Notes under the pieces: model-generated
What the model was told of the DNA's origin: nothing
The model's input: the letters and a program-made list of their open reading frames with translations, nothing else
The model's database searches: none
NCBI GenBank assembly: GCA_030295235.1
Contig: AP026164.1
Location: 1,178,001-1,242,000, forward strand
Length of the DNA: 64,000 bases
Source of the DNA: Fistulifera solaris
Taxonomy: Eukaryota
Direction: 5' to 3'
Part shown: piece after piece, positions 1 through 12,087 of the stretch
Layout: every line of letters begins with the position of its first letter
Position numbering within the stretch: the stretch's first letter is position 1
Position numbers and translations under genes: made by a program

Positions 1-668
1 ACCGTGCTCGATGGGGTATTTGAGCGTGAGAACACCTCGCTTGGCCTGGGCTTCGTCACCGACATAGGCATCACGTTGTTCCATACCAACCTACAAGCAA
101 AGGAAAAGAAGAGGGTAGTGTTAGACGTAATGCAGAGGCAATACAGCTCTCGACCAAGTCAAATAATAGTCACCGTCGACGACTCACCATGATTCCAGGC
201 TGACGGGCGCGACCGATCAAAGAAGGGAAAACGGAGCGAGGGGCGTCATCTCCGGCGAAACCGGCTATTAGAGGCAAATAAGAAGGTTAAGACGAAGAGA
301 CGCAAGGTTAGAAAAAGGTTTGCAAGTTTGTACGACACTTTAGATAGTGAAATGACCGCGTCCTGCAAATGTCTTTTCCGCCGCTCGTCGACAGTCGACT
401 TGTTCCGTCTTTCTCGATGGAAAAAGGTGACAAATGACAGCAGCAGATCATTCCTGTCAACACAAGTTGACAGATGAAGGCTTATCGAGCCAAGTCTTCA
501 CCCTTGATACATTGCGATGGCATAGACAAGCCACCAGTCACCCAAAGACGGCACAGACAAGCAACAGGTCGCAATTCGAAAAGCGACTTCGGCCGCTTTT
601 GCCTTACCTTTGCACATTCCGGAACCGTTGTCAACGACAAGGGCGGCAATATCTTCGTCATCAGCCAT
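1..668 (-). CDS. ACT: Actin, copy A (5' part only; the gene continues off the left edge of the window)
   Basis: Reverse complement of 4584-5251. ATG at 668 ([20 protein letters not shown]). Same two introns as copy B. Confidence 0.93.
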
Positions 669-688
669 GGTGAGATTTTAAAGTTTTG
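1..688. repeat. Left arm of inverted repeat, partner 4564-5251
   Basis: Position i pairs with 5252-i with no indels. The ORF track gives identical translations on both arms. Identity ends 20 bp upstream of the actin ATG. Confidence 0.95.
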
Positions 689-1235
689 CTTGCAAAGAGG
701 GGGAGGTCGTGCTGTTGAGCTTCTTTTTATGGACATGAAGTGCGGCGATGCTTTTTGTCGAAGGATCGATGCGCGGCCAAAGTCACCGGACCGAAGATCC
801 AAGACGCTCGCCCCGTTTCCACTTTTTCATTCATACTCCGAAGATTTTGATCATTGCAATGACCCTGCTGGCGGCCTCTACAATGACCGTTATATTTCGA
901 CGGTCCCTCCACGTAGGCACTCCACGCAGCGATCCAATCAAATAATGCGACCGCGCACGCACGACAGATGAACAGACGAGTCACTTGGGTTTTTTGGCTC
1001 GTGTCTTGCTTCTGTCTTGGACGCAAATGACCGATGTTCGGCCTCATTTTTTGGACGAAACGAAAGACACCGTAAAGACCTTCCACGATAAATGTAAATG
1101 AAAGATAATGAAAAAACTGCTACAAAGTTGACAAGATGCTTTGTGTCGCGTCCTCATTCTTCTTCTTGAGATGAGATGAAGTGCAAAAGAAGCTATCACA
1201 AGCCTCGTTCAAATTGTATGGCGGAGCGGTCGCTA

Positions 1236-1236
<1 letters not shown>

Positions 1237-1266
<30 letters not shown>

Positions 1267-1270
1267 ACGA
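1237..1270. repeat. (GAC)n microsatellite
   Basis: About 9 perfect CGA/GAC units in intergenic DNA upstream of actin copy A. Confidence 0.9.
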
Positions 1271-1664
1271 TAGTTGCTTGGCCAGCAACCTTACATCTAC
1301 TTCCGCTGCGGAAGTTAATTTTAATAACTGAATTACCGCTTGTCTTCAAAGCGCTGAGAAAGTCGCTGGACTAAATTCGCGTCTCGTTTCAATTTATTTT
1401 TGAAGAATACGCCCGCTGTCGTCAGTGTTGCAAATAACCCGGTCGACATAGTCGACATACGCAATTTTCGACGAGACAATGTCAAGACAGCAATCAACCA
1501 GCAACGATATTGTACAATCAATCAACACTTTCTTATGCACAAGAGAGGTGTAATGACACTTGTTGATCGGGTTAAGTGAAACTCGGTCGGAGTGAAAATC
1601 TTATTGAGGGTGGTGTTTTCTATACTGGAACATGCAAATCAGTGCTATATTATTGATTTCATGT

Positions 1665-2321
1665 CTAATTTATGGAGCTCTCTCCGCTCCCACAAGATGC
1701 AATTAAGCTAGCAGCCTGCTGCTTTGTCAAGGGAATCCAAACTTCGTTTCGACGAAACATGGGCAAAGTGAAAGGCGGGTTGTAGCCCCAAAACTGATAC
1801 GATTGAAGCACATATTCTTCCGAAAGATCGACACCGTCCTCGCGGAGCTGTTGGCGCAACTCAATGGCCCATTTTTTGCACAGATCTTGGTCGTACGATC
1901 CTGTGTATTGCTTCACGGCACCAACCGACGGCGGAATTTCTTTCAAGAAAACTGTTGCATCCGTCGGTTTCGGGGCTTTCTCTAATGAATCGTACTTGGC
2001 TGGTAGAATAAATTGCATGATTCCTTCTTCGCGAACAACGGGTGCCGTCATGGCGATTTTAGTGCCCTTTCCGTCGGTTCGTACTACTGGGGCCGTCATG
2101 TCGATCGCCGTCCCCCCTTCGTTGGCCGGTTGGTTCCCTACCACTCCTATATATCCAGCTAACTTCATAAAAGGACTACGATCGCTTTCTCCCATTTTCG
2201 TCTCGACGGCAATTCGTTTTCCATATTCTCTGATTTGGTAAGGGACTGCCACGCTTGTTCGGTCCAAAAGAACTTTAAACGCCGGTTCCTCTACGTTAGA
2301 TTTGCCGAATACCACACCCAT
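1665..2321 (-). CDS. SOUL heme-binding protein
   Basis: MGVVFGKSNVEEP, YQIREYG, FMKLAGYIG, duplicated IxMTAPV, MQFILP, YNPPFTLPMFRRNEVWI are typical SOUL/HBP motifs. Confidence 0.9.
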   Translation of the reverse strand: MGVVFGKSNVEEPAFKVLLDRTSVAVPYQIREYGKRIAVETKMGESDRSPFMKLAGYIGVVGNQPANEGGTAIDMTAPVVRTDGKGTKIAMTAPVVREEGIMQFILPAKYDSLEKAPKPTDATVFLKEIPPSVGAVKQYTGSYDQDLCKKWAIELRQQLREDGVDLSEEYVLQSYQFWGYNPPFTLPMFRRNEVWIPLTKQQAASLIASCGSGESSIN

Positions 2322-2795
2322 GATCAACTAATGCCTTTTTTTTTAACTTTAATGTGTATAACACAAAAACGGAGATTGTTTGCAAAAGTTCAAAATCGCG
2401 TATTTCATCCATGGTTCGCAGCTTCGTCCAGCTTTTCGTCTTCGTGTGGAACAAGCCATTATTATTTCATCTCGTCATTCGTTTCTCGCGAAAGGTCACT
2501 CGTGTATCATGCAGTGTCGTACAGGTTCCATTTGGTAGGGCGTGTATATTATTTTTTTGACGACGTTTGCGCACCCTTCGTTCCTTCATTCATTTAGTTG
2601 CATTTAGCAGGTACTTGTATTTGTTTTATGGTCGACGCGTTTCATCTCCATCTCCTTAACAACTTGCACGATAGTTTGATATAGAAACTGATTTAGGTCT
2701 ACAATGGTCCGAATTCTGGGTCTTGGCAAAAGAAAGCGAGGAAGCGGCTGTCACCAGCTGCTCAAACGCCGGAAGCAATCCGTGAAAAATATCCC

Positions 2796-3686
2796 ATGTA
2801 TCAATACGCTTTGAATGAATATGCACAAACTATCGCTCCTGGTACGGGAAACGATGATGGCAAATTGCATAGCCCCGCCGTCATGGATGCTAGTTCGAAC
2901 GAAGAAAGGCTGTACAACAACAATGACAAGCAAAACCAATACGAAGCGATGCCCGACGTGCCGCCATCTCGCGCTGAATCTCATCTACAGCAGACAACAG
3001 ATTTTGGTAGTACCACAAAGAGCTATGCCGAAACTGAGATCGAATCGAATCGAGGCACCAAAGCTACTTCTTTGCTAAGTTCGGAACTTCGACCGAAAGT
3101 AGCAATCCGTTCACCGTTCGAGAATGATATGCCGTATGCAACTTACGAAGAGCACTATGGCGAAGCGTACACCGGTGGACACCTCAAATACATTTACCCG
3201 AATGGATACACTTCGATGCGACCCAGATCCTGCCCCTGGAAATTGAGCATTGTTGTTTGTCTCTTATTTACCTGGCTCTCCGTTTTCATTGTCGGCCACT
3301 GCTCGGACCAAGCCGGTGTCGATCGATACGAAAATGAGGATATTGATGACGACATTGAAGTTCGCTGGTGCGGTAGCCGTCCGCTCTATTTGATATGGGC
3401 GCTAAGCATGCTCATCACCGGTTTGTCGGCTGCGTATTGTGGGGTCATTGGCTACATTAAATGCAGAGACTTCGCTGTGGCCAACAGTCGTAGCCAATTG
3501 CCTGGTATATCAGAAGGAAGATCCGATTACTATGTGCGTGTTGAGGAAGGCTTGTCGCGGTCACCGAGTGCAGATTCCGGGGCAGGTTATCGTCCCACTC
3601 TTTATCAATCTGATGGAACTCCGCAATTTTGGGGCTCGCATATCTACCGACCGACACAAGCGGCAGTTGCTGTCACCAGTAGATGA
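2796..3686 (+). CDS. Hypothetical membrane protein with two predicted TM segments
   Basis: 296-aa ORF with hydrophobic stretches LSIVVCLLFTWLSVFIVG and LYLIWALSMLITGLSAAYCGVIGYI. Confidence 0.7.
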   Translation: MYQYALNEYAQTIAPGTGNDDGKLHSPAVMDASSNEERLYNNNDKQNQYEAMPDVPPSRAESHLQQTTDFGSTTKSYAETEIESNRGTKATSLLSSELRPKVAIRSPFENDMPYATYEEHYGEAYTGGHLKYIYPNGYTSMRPRSCPWKLSIVVCLLFTWLSVFIVGHCSDQAGVDRYENEDIDDDIEVRWCGSRPLYLIWALSMLITGLSAAYCGVIGYIKCRDFAVANSRSQLPGISEGRSDYYVRVEEGLSRSPSADSGAGYRPTLYQSDGTPQFWGSHIYRPTQAAVAVTSR

Positions 3687-4583
3687 CAGTTCGATGCTGT
3701 GAAACTACCATGTACTGGTAAAAATATCAACCTATTTGTGCTTAGTTTATGGGCAGCAGTCATTCGATTCCTAGAGCGGTCAAGGAGAAATAACCTTGCT
3801 AGCGGCTGCTAGAATTTGAGACTGGGCATAAGGGGACAGGTCAATTAGGATTGAGCCAAACTAGCTGCAGCTTTAGTTGCATGAGCTAAAAAATAGAATC
3901 TTGTGAATCTAATGCGCGAAATCAATTTTTTCACTACTATGTTCTAGGGTTGTCTAATCCATCTTGAAAGGCCACGCCGTCTCATAACTTTGTTACCAGC
4001 GTTCTTGTAGCTAATCTTAAGTTCAGTTCTGTGACTCCTATGTAGGTGAGAGCAATTTGTATGAGAAAAGCTATCGACTGGCAACCCAACCCTAGTTTAC
4101 ATTTTGCATTTGTCCGGGTTTAGTATAGCCCTAACCTTAGTCTCAAGTCGTTGTTTCTTGTCTCGTGTCTCGTTGTTTGTTTACAAAGTACATACGGAGT
4201 AGTACCAGGTAGACTTGTTGGAAGACAGACGGTGCCAGTAGTGGGTAGTGGGCTAAAAAAATAATGACCGAATGTCCCATATTTTGAACCGGCACTCGGA
4301 ATCGCAAGCCTCTATTGTGGTTTGAATGGAATGTGACATCTTGTTCAAAACAGGGTCTTGTGCAACGTTTTTGTCCAGGAAATTTCTCAACGGAAGTCCC
4401 GACTGTCAAGTCTTGTGTACCTGATATCTTGACGAGAAAGGTCATTGCTCCGGTCATCGATGAACGTTGCCGACGAGCCAAGATTCGAAAAAGATCAAGC
4501 ACCTCTCATACCTCATAACTTGCTTGACCAAGTGATCTGCAATCTAACGATCCCTATTATCAACAAAACTTTAAAATCTCACC

Positions 4584-6157
4584 ATGGCTGATGACGAAGA
4601 TATTGCCGCCCTTGTCGTTGACAACGGTTCCGGAATGTGCAAAGGTAAGGCAAAAGCGGCCGAAGTCGCTTTTCGAATTGCGACCTGTTGCTTGTCTGTG
4701 CCGTCTTTGGGTGACTGGTGGCTTGTCTATGCCATCGCAATGTATCAAGGGTGAAGACTTGGCTCGATAAGCCTTCATCTGTCAACTTGTGTTGACAGGA
4801 ATGATCTGCTGCTGTCATTTGTCACCTTTTTCCATCGAGAAAGACGGAACAAGTCGACTGTCGACGAGCGGCGGAAAAGACATTTGCAGGACGCGGTCAT
4901 TTCACTATCTAAAGTGTCGTACAAACTTGCAAACCTTTTTCTAACCTTGCGTCTCTTCGTCTTAACCTTCTTATTTGCCTCTAATAGCCGGTTTCGCCGG
5001 AGATGACGCCCCTCGCTCCGTTTTCCCTTCTTTGATCGGTCGCGCCCGTCAGCCTGGAATCATGGTGAGTCGTCGACGGTGACTATTATTTGACTTGGTC
5101 GAGAGCTGTATTGCCTCTGCATTACGTCTAACACTACCCTCTTCTTTTCCTTTGCTTGTAGGTTGGTATGGAACAACGTGATGCCTATGTCGGTGACGAA
5201 GCCCAGGCCAAGCGAGGTGTTCTCACGCTCAAATACCCCATCGAGCACGGTATTGTTACCAACTGGGATGACATGGAGAAGATCTGGCACCACACCTTCT
5301 ACAATGAGCTCCGTGTCGCCCCCGAGGCCCACCCTGTTCTGTTGACCGAGGCTCCTCAGAACCCCAAGGCCAACCGCGAACGTATGACCCAGATCATGTT
5401 CGAGACATTCAACGTCCCCGCTATGTATGTGAACATTCAGGCCGTCTTGTCGCTCTACGCCTCTGGACGTACCACCGGTTGCGTTTTGGACTCTGGTGAT
5501 GGTGTCACCCACACCGTTCCCATCTACGAGGGCTACGCTCTTCCCCACGCCGTGATCCGTTTGGATCTTGCCGGACGTGACTTGACTGACTACTTGATGA
5601 AGATCTTGACCGAGCGTGGTTACTCTCTCACAACCACCGCCGAGCGAGAAATCGTGCGTGATATCAAGGAGTCCTTGTGCTTCGTTGCTGTTGACTTTGA
5701 GGAAGAGATGAAGAAGGCTGCCGAGTCTTCTGCTCTTGAGAAGTCCTTCGAGCTTCCCGATGGTAACATCATCGTGATCGGTAACGAGCGCTTCCGTTGT
5801 CCGGAGGTGTTGTTCCAGCCCAACTTGACGGGTCTTGAAATGGACGGTATTGCCGACTCCACCTTCCAGACCATCATGAAGTGCGATGTCGATATCCGCA
5901 AGGACTTGTACGCCAACATTGTTCTTTCCGGAGGTACCACCATGTTCCCTGGTATCAGCGAGCGTATGTCGAAGGAGATCACTGCTTTGGCTCCTGCTTC
6001 GATTAAGGTCAAGATTGTGGCTCCTCCTGAGCGCAAATACTCCGTGTGGATCGGAGGTTCCATTTTGGCGTCTCTCTCTACTTTCCAGAGCATGTGGATC
6101 AGCAAGGAAGAGTACGACGAGTCTGGTCCTTCCATTGTGCACCGAAAGTGCTTCTAA
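4584..6157 (+). CDS. ACT: Actin, copy B (3 exons: 4584-4644, 4988-5064, 5162-6157)
   Basis: Full-length actin from [20 protein letters not shown] to [24 protein letters not shown] introns at 4645-4987 and 5065-5161 restore the frame. Confidence 0.98.
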
Positions 6158-6272
6158 GTCACCTGAATGGTCTATATAATTGCATCAGAAGGGTTGGAGT
6201 ACCGTTGTGCTAGTAAGTGGATTAGAAAAAATCATACATGTCTTCTTCTTACTTAGAGTGGTTTCCTAAGTT

Positions 6273-7283
6273 TCATCGTAAGGCAACAAACTCCTCCGGC
6301 CGACTGCCAGCTAAATCCAATCTTCCCGTTGGGTTGTTTATGTACATAGCGATTACCGTTCGCCCGTACTTGCGGTTTCTGATTCCAACCATTGCTCTGC
6401 CATCTACTCCAGGAATTACATGAGGAAGACAACCCAACTCGACTGGATATTCGACCAAAACGATGGTGTCATCCGTTATGAGATCAGATGTAGCGACAGC
6501 CTCTAGAAGGTCTTCGTACACTATTTCTTCATAGGGCGGGCAGAGCGTCACAATCTGATACTTCGTCCCTTCCGTGATTCCAACTGACTTCGGCTGCTGT
6601 AATACTTGAAAGGCATCGGCGTTGATGATCTGTTCTTGCCCAGTAAATTGACACCAGTCTACATTTCGCTTAATAGCTGAACAGCAATCATCAGAGAGGT
6701 CGACGAACGTGCAATGAGCCGCCCCTCGACTAAGACTCTCCAATCCAACGCTCCCCGACCCGGAGAAAATGTCCAAGTGGCGTGTGTTCTCCACATCGTA
6801 CAGCCCAAATGACATGAGCGTGCTGTATACGGCTTCTCGCACTTTACCCATCATCGGTCGGAGATAGACGTTCGGTGAATCGAGCCGTTTTCCTCGTGCG
6901 GAGCCTCCAGCAATGCGGAGCATACTAGGATTGTTCATACCCATTTCCCGAGCTTTTCCTTGAGGCCGTAAGCGCGGGTTTGACGATCCTCCGGCTCCTG
7001 GAGTCTTTGTACTTTCTGGTACGATGTGGCCCAAGGGTGTTCTCTTGGCTTGTACCTTTCTTCTTAGATTGGCTGGAATAGCTTGATCCACAACTGATGA
7101 AGAGACTTGACTTGGTGACTTTTTAGGTTTAGCACACAATTTTTGAGTGCGTGCGAGGTGGCCCGTTTGGGTTACTGCTTTTTGTAAGATGAGTGGCGAA
7201 AACGAGAATGCATTGCAAATTGTTGACTTTGACACAATCGAAATAACGACACCGATAAACACAGGGAAAGAGAGGAGCTGCAT
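6273..7283 (-). CDS. rsmD: Plastid-targeted RsmD-family 16S rRNA m2G966 methyltransferase
   Basis: LRIAGGSARGKRL, RPMMGKVREAVYS, LDIFSGSGSVGLESLSRGA, xPPY and RKYGRT motifs. Signal peptide ending NA-FSF resembles a diatom bipartite presequence. Confidence 0.88.
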   Translation of the reverse strand: MQLLSFPVFIGVVISIVSKSTICNAFSFSPLILQKAVTQTGHLARTQKLCAKPKKSPSQVSSSVVDQAIPANLRRKVQAKRTPLGHIVPESTKTPGAGGSSNPRLRPQGKAREMGMNNPSMLRIAGGSARGKRLDSPNVYLRPMMGKVREAVYSTLMSFGLYDVENTRHLDIFSGSGSVGLESLSRGAAHCTFVDLSDDCCSAIKRNVDWCQFTGQEQIINADAFQVLQQPKSVGITEGTKYQIVTLCPPYEEIVYEDLLEAVATSDLITDDTIVLVEYPVELGCLPHVIPGVDGRAMVGIRNRKYGRTVIAMYINNPTGRLDLAGSRPEEFVALR

Positions 7284-7727
7284 TATCGATTTCGAGGCTT
7301 CGGATTTAACAACTCTTAAATCGATGACGGGTCCGCGCGCTGTTTTTCCACAGAAAATTTCGATGAGCAAATTCAAATGCTGAATGCTAAAGAAACAACC
7401 GACGTACGAGTAGTTCTTATCTTGTAAAGTGAAATGTCGAATTCACGCCATGTAGTCGAGACAGAACAATAGAACAGAGGCGACTGATGGCTGGAAGTTG
7501 GAGTTTAAACGATGGGCGAGCAAGCGTCTGACCGACCGCCCATCCGTCTGCACATGATTGAATGCAACTCACATGATTGAATGCCAGTCGTGGGTCCTTA
7601 AGACACTTTTCACTTTGCTTCTTTAGTCTATAATAATTGTTGGGTCTTCGGAAAATATATGGTGGTAAGTAATTACTTTGATTGTGAGCATGAAAACTAT
7701 GGATTAAATACAGTTCCTTGTCGCGTA

Positions 7728-8642
7728 TTAGGTTAAAAATCCATTTGCTCGTTGTAGTTCTGTTGAATCCTCAGATTTTGCAAACCTTCGAAGTGGTGTT
7801 GCGACTCGATTGATCATTTGTTTCAACTCCTTTTGCATTACTTTTCGAGCCATACTACTAATTCTTCTCCCCTGGTGTTTCGTAGTTGGCGTAAGTGAAT
7901 TGTCAGCCAGCGAGCCGCTGTTCAGTGAAGGAAGTGACCGACGCATACTCAAATCGGAAGATCCGCATGTCGTTTCAGGTGCGGTGATAACGGAGGGATC
8001 GTAGCAGCTCGATTGTCCTACAAAACTTCCAACGGATAAAACAGTAGCATGAGACATTTGTCGGGGCGTGTACTTTGGTCGGTTGCCAAGTAGTTGCAAA
8101 GCTGCTATTGATGATCCGGCCTCCGAATATCCGAAGGATCGTATCGATGGAGTCTCTTGAATCAAAGGAAGCTGAGAGTCTTTGTTGGTTAAGGTTCGTG
8201 GGGCAGACAATTGTCGAAGCCTTGACGTTCCCAATGAGGCGGGACGAGGAAGAGGAATTTGGGACCTAATTGCCTCAGTTTTGTCGGGTGATTGAGTAAC
8301 CGAAACGAAGATTTCCTTTGGAGGACTAGCGGTGTCAGCTTCGTCTTCATCGAGTCGCTTTTTAATATGATGTTTGAACGAAGTGTCGGTGACGGAAGAC
8401 ATCGTCGACGCCTCGCTAACGGAATCTTCTTCGTCATTTTCGTCTACAGCAACGTCATCGTTTATTTCAGCAACATCTTCCCGATAATTTCGAACAGGAA
8501 CGGTATCTTCAGTCATGGTTCGATTTCTCGTAGAAAATTGTGCGTAGAAGACGCCCGACAAGGATGTCGACGGCGATGAGGATCCAACCTCGACTTCGCT
8601 TATTGTTGGTGCTCCTCGCAAAAATAATCGACTTCCAGTCAT
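7728..8642 (-). CDS. Hypothetical Ser-rich low-complexity protein
   Basis: Long open frame; first ATG at 8642 (MTGSRLFLRG). No recognisable domain. Confidence 0.55.
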   Translation of the reverse strand: MTGSRLFLRGAPTISEVEVGSSSPSTSLSGVFYAQFSTRNRTMTEDTVPVRNYREDVAEINDDVAVDENDEEDSVSEASTMSSVTDTSFKHHIKKRLDEDEADTASPPKEIFVSVTQSPDKTEAIRSQIPLPRPASLGTSRLRQLSAPRTLTNKDSQLPLIQETPSIRSFGYSEAGSSIAALQLLGNRPKYTPRQMSHATVLSVGSFVGQSSCYDPSVITAPETTCGSSDLSMRRSLPSLNSGSLADNSLTPTTKHQGRRISSMARKVMQKELKQMINRVATPLRRFAKSEDSTELQRANGFLT

Positions 8643-9111
8643 GATGTTGTGCGTTGTTCTTTGTGTTAATGAAGTATGATATGAAAACGGTTCTTTAGAG
8701 GGTAACGGAAATGATAGAAAGATAGGTGAAATGCAACAGAAGTGTGAGTCGTGGTGAAAAAAGTGGAGGGAGAAACTGTTGTCGCGTCTTGGCAAGATTG
8801 ATTTTTCACAAGGTTCCTTTTTGTGCCGTTCGCTGTTCGCTTTGTACATTAGAGAACTATTCCGTCGACACTCATCCGTAATGGAAAAATACAATTAGCG
8901 ATACAGGTACTCGATAAAATTTGACGTGCGTTTGTTGCTTGTACGTGCGTCGCTCGTTTTTGTGTCTGTATGTGGCCCGCTATCTATGCCAACGACAACG
9001 ACCAACCAAAAAGCAAAAATGTTAGCCACCTTTTGCTAAGAAAACGAAGACCGACTTCATTGAGAAACAAAAGAATTCACGACCATCCTCTTTCGACGAA
9101 AATAACCCATC

Positions 9112-9931
9112 ATGGTCAATGTTAACTCGAAGAAATCTGGGCTTATGCTAATACCCGAGTCAATTCTAAAGAAGCGTCATGATTTAGACGATCTTGCTCG
9201 CAAAAGAGCCGCTTCCGAACAACCGCCGAAAAAGGCAGGTGACAGCAAGTCGTTTTATGTTCGAAAACCGGAAACTTTTTTTGGCTAGAGGTCGCGCAAG
9301 ACGTAATAATTCGACTCGGTATCGTCGTGTAGCCAAGAAAGGAATGCAAAAGCGTGCTTCGAACAAGAAGGAGGTCGCCGAAAAGGTAATTGAGGGCAAT
9401 GGTGATTCCCTGACAGTCAAATACCAGTCCAACTCCGTCGGCGCTCCATTTGTTTTTGTTGTGAGAATTCGAGACGATTTGGGAGCTCCACGTGTTGTTA
9501 AAACAGTTCTGGACCAGATGCGACTGAAGAAAGAGCATGAAGGAGTGTTTCTGCGATACGATGAGGCAACACGCAAAAAGTTACATTTGGTAGAGAATTT
9601 TGTCGTTTATGGCAAACCATCGAAAGATATTATCAAAGATCTGATTGAAAGGCAGGGTCATGGGTGCGTAGATAATGAAAGAATTCCTCTTTCGGACAAC
9701 ACGGTGGTTGAACAACATCTTGGCGAGCACAATATTATTTGCGTTGAGGACATGGTCCATGAAATTTACGCGGTAGGAGGATCATTTGATGTAGTGAATC
9801 AATTTTTGTGGCCTTTTTGTCTGATGGATACAAAAACGGAATTTGAGCGGCGAACACTCAAATTGCACGACGGCAAAGATTATGGCGACAGAGGCGACGC
9901 CATCAACGATTATCTCAAGAATGTTCTATAG
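9112..9931 (+). CDS. uL30/L7-like ribosome biogenesis protein (RLP7-like), with one frameshift near 9280
   Basis: IPESILKKR N-terminus, FVFVVRIR, L.L...H.GVF, PLSDNTVVEQHLG..NIICVEDMVHEI, FLWPF, GDRGDAIN. Removing one T from the T7 run at 9276-9282 joins the frames. Confidence 0.85.
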
Positions 9932-10059
9932 AAATCTTTGGCACGTGTACGTTTAGTTGACTACGCATATTCGAGAGTATTACTACCGTATATCAAGGTG
10001 CTTGCTTGATACTTTATCGAGAAGCTTTGCCATGGTCCCAGGTGGAGCGGGTATGTATT

Positions 10060-10907
10060 CTAGATCTGTTGGCTTAAGCTGCTTATTCTTTTCCAGGCAT
10101 CTTCCGCTTCTGTCTCCAATCGTTCTACATGATTTAAAAGAAAAGGATGGACTTTCTTCCTCGACAACTGCTTTACTTGCTCTTCTTCTTCTTTGAGCTT
10201 GTCTCGTTTGCGAGTCGCAGTGTCAAATCGCTTTTCAATTTGTCCCTTCTGCTCCTCGAGTTTACTAGACAGCAAGGCAGTTTTCTCGACAGTTAATGCG
10301 CGTTCCTTATTAATTCTTTCCATCCCTTCCTTGCAAGTGTCTCCTTCGGCAATACTTGCATAGATATTCGGTAGACTGCTTTCTCGGAGTCGTCGGCGAA
10401 CGGAATCAATTATGGCCTTTGTATGACGATCAAATGCAAGGACTACTTGACGGCTATGCGTCCGTTCCCCTTGTGCTCCTGACGAATCTGTCATTTCTTG
10501 GCTTATCTCCATGGCCAAGCGTCGCATCACATCTGTGCTGTAAAAAAGAATACTGTTGTCGAAATTCCTACGCTGGGATTCGTCATCGTCATGAAAGTAA
10601 CTTTTGCGGACATCTGACTTGTCACAGAAGAGTCATTTTCATTGAAATCATTGTTGTGGCTTTTACCAAGATCGACGTTCTTTTTTGTGGATTGTATTTG
10701 ATCAAAGGCTGGTTTAGAGTTGCTTTCCTCATCTGACAATGTGAAAGAGGACGAGGAGGAGCTATCAAACCTATCGTGAGCTTCCGCAAGCGTTCGTTTT
10801 CTTTTATGACCGACCTTTTCCGTTTCTAGTGATGGTTGTGAAAATAAAGCCAGCAAGGAGCTCGGAGAAGGCTTCGACTTCGAGCTTGGTCGTTTAGGTT
10901 GGCTCAT
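10060..10907 (-). CDS. Hypothetical protein with C-terminal coiled coil, frameshift near 10600
   Basis: Two abutting ORFs (10527-10907 and 10060-10530) join with a +1 indel near the A4 run at about 10602-10605. Confidence 0.5.
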
Positions 10908-11442
10908 ATCGACAAAAAAACTTGCAGCAAATCAAACAAAGCAAAGTTCACGAGACCGGTCTCGCTCGAACTCTTCAAGAATAGAACGCACTTGCAAAAT
11001 AGGCATTAAGGAGTAGCGAAGCTGAAGAAAGGGTGTCTCTGTAGACTTTTTAATCACCCATCTAGGAAAATCGTTTCGCGTCATCAAAAAAAAATAACGT
11101 CGTGTCGATCTTGGGGTGCTCCATGCGAAAAGGTTGAGGTTGTAAAAACATTTTGTGAATGTCTCATGACTCATGACTCGTGCTGAATGATTTAGTCTTG
11201 GCTGTGTACGCCTACATCCTACATTGTGGGAGAGAGTCAAACTGCAAAGGTCAGAATTCGTGAGACGTGTCGGCTTCCCTCGCAATTGGAGATGCATTAT
11301 TTTTCTAAGTGTAGCTAAAACACCCAATTTGCTTCCTTGCCATTCGCTATATTGTATAATAAGGTCAGTTTTTTAGTATAACGTAAGTTGCGCAACATAA
11401 CAACACCGAGTTTTTTCAATTATCCAATCCGTAGTCGCAAGA

Positions 11443-12087
11443 TTAGCGATCGTAAAGCATTTTGTCCTTTTTCTTCTTTTTCTTCAATTCGGCTTGTGCT
11501 TTTAATTCTTTTGCTGCAGCAGATGCAGCAACACTTGTCGTTGGATTTGACTTTCGTTTTGTCTTAGCTTTCAACAAGGCAGCCACATCCGCCGGGCCGA
11601 CCGAATGTATGGGAGTCTCTTGTGTTGAAAGAGTAGCAGTGTTCATTTTCTTCTTTTTGGGCCTCCGCCTCTTGGCTTGAGTAGTCGCCAGGCCTTCCTC
11701 TTGATTCGTAACGGGCTCAGTATGTACTACAACGATCTCCTCCTTCTCAACAGTGACTTGATCAATACCAAGTTCATTCAAAATATCATCGAGATTGTTG
11801 AGTTGGTCGTCGATGGACACTTTTGCCAGCTGTTTCTTCGAAGCATTTTCACGGGCTTTCTGTTTGGCAATTTCCAGTCGTCGCTCGCGTTCTTCCGCGT
11901 CTTCTCCGACAGTGACGTTTCCATTTTCCTCTTCAACTTCAGAGTCTGAGTCTGGGATGAGTTTTTCCTTCTCTTTGACTGACGAACGTTCCTGTAATGC
12001 TTCATTAGCCACCGTTTCGGTCGTACTGGGATGATGATCTTCCTCATCCGACGAATCATCATCGCCCCATCGCTGATTTTCGCTCAT
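11443..12087 (-). CDS. Hypothetical acidic/Lys-rich protein
   Basis: 214-aa ORF with WGDDDSSDEE N-terminus, LDDILNELGI motif and poly-Lys C-terminus. Confidence 0.7.
   Translation of the reverse strand: MSENQRWGDDDSSDEEDHHPSTTETVANEALQERSSVKEKEKLIPDSDSEVEEENGNVTVGEDAEERERRLEIAKQKARENASKKQLAKVSIDDQLNNLDDILNELGIDQVTVEKEEIVVVHTEPVTNQEEGLATTQAKRRRPKKKKMNTATLSTQETPIHSVGPADVAALLKAKTKRKSNPTTSVAASAAAKELKAQAELKKKKKKDKMLYDR

Noticed and set aside
434..1086. ORFs within actin intron 1 and the promoter of copy A (mirrored at 4560-4818)
   Set aside because: They overlap the actin exon/intron on the opposite strand and have no protein-like features.
4085..4140. Telomere-like hexamers (AACCCTA, CCCTAACC; also about 42393 and 55632) as interstitial telomere
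   Set aside because: Isolated single units with no tandem array.
5060..6142. 360-aa antisense ORF over actin, and similar shadow ORFs over thrA, CCT8, formamidase and the transporters
   Set aside because: Explained by codon bias of the sense gene; no independent motifs.
9270..9290. Programmed ribosomal frameshifting at slippery runs in host genes
   Set aside because: Indels go in both directions, hit many unrelated housekeeping genes and sit in homopolymers, so sequencing error is more parsimonious.
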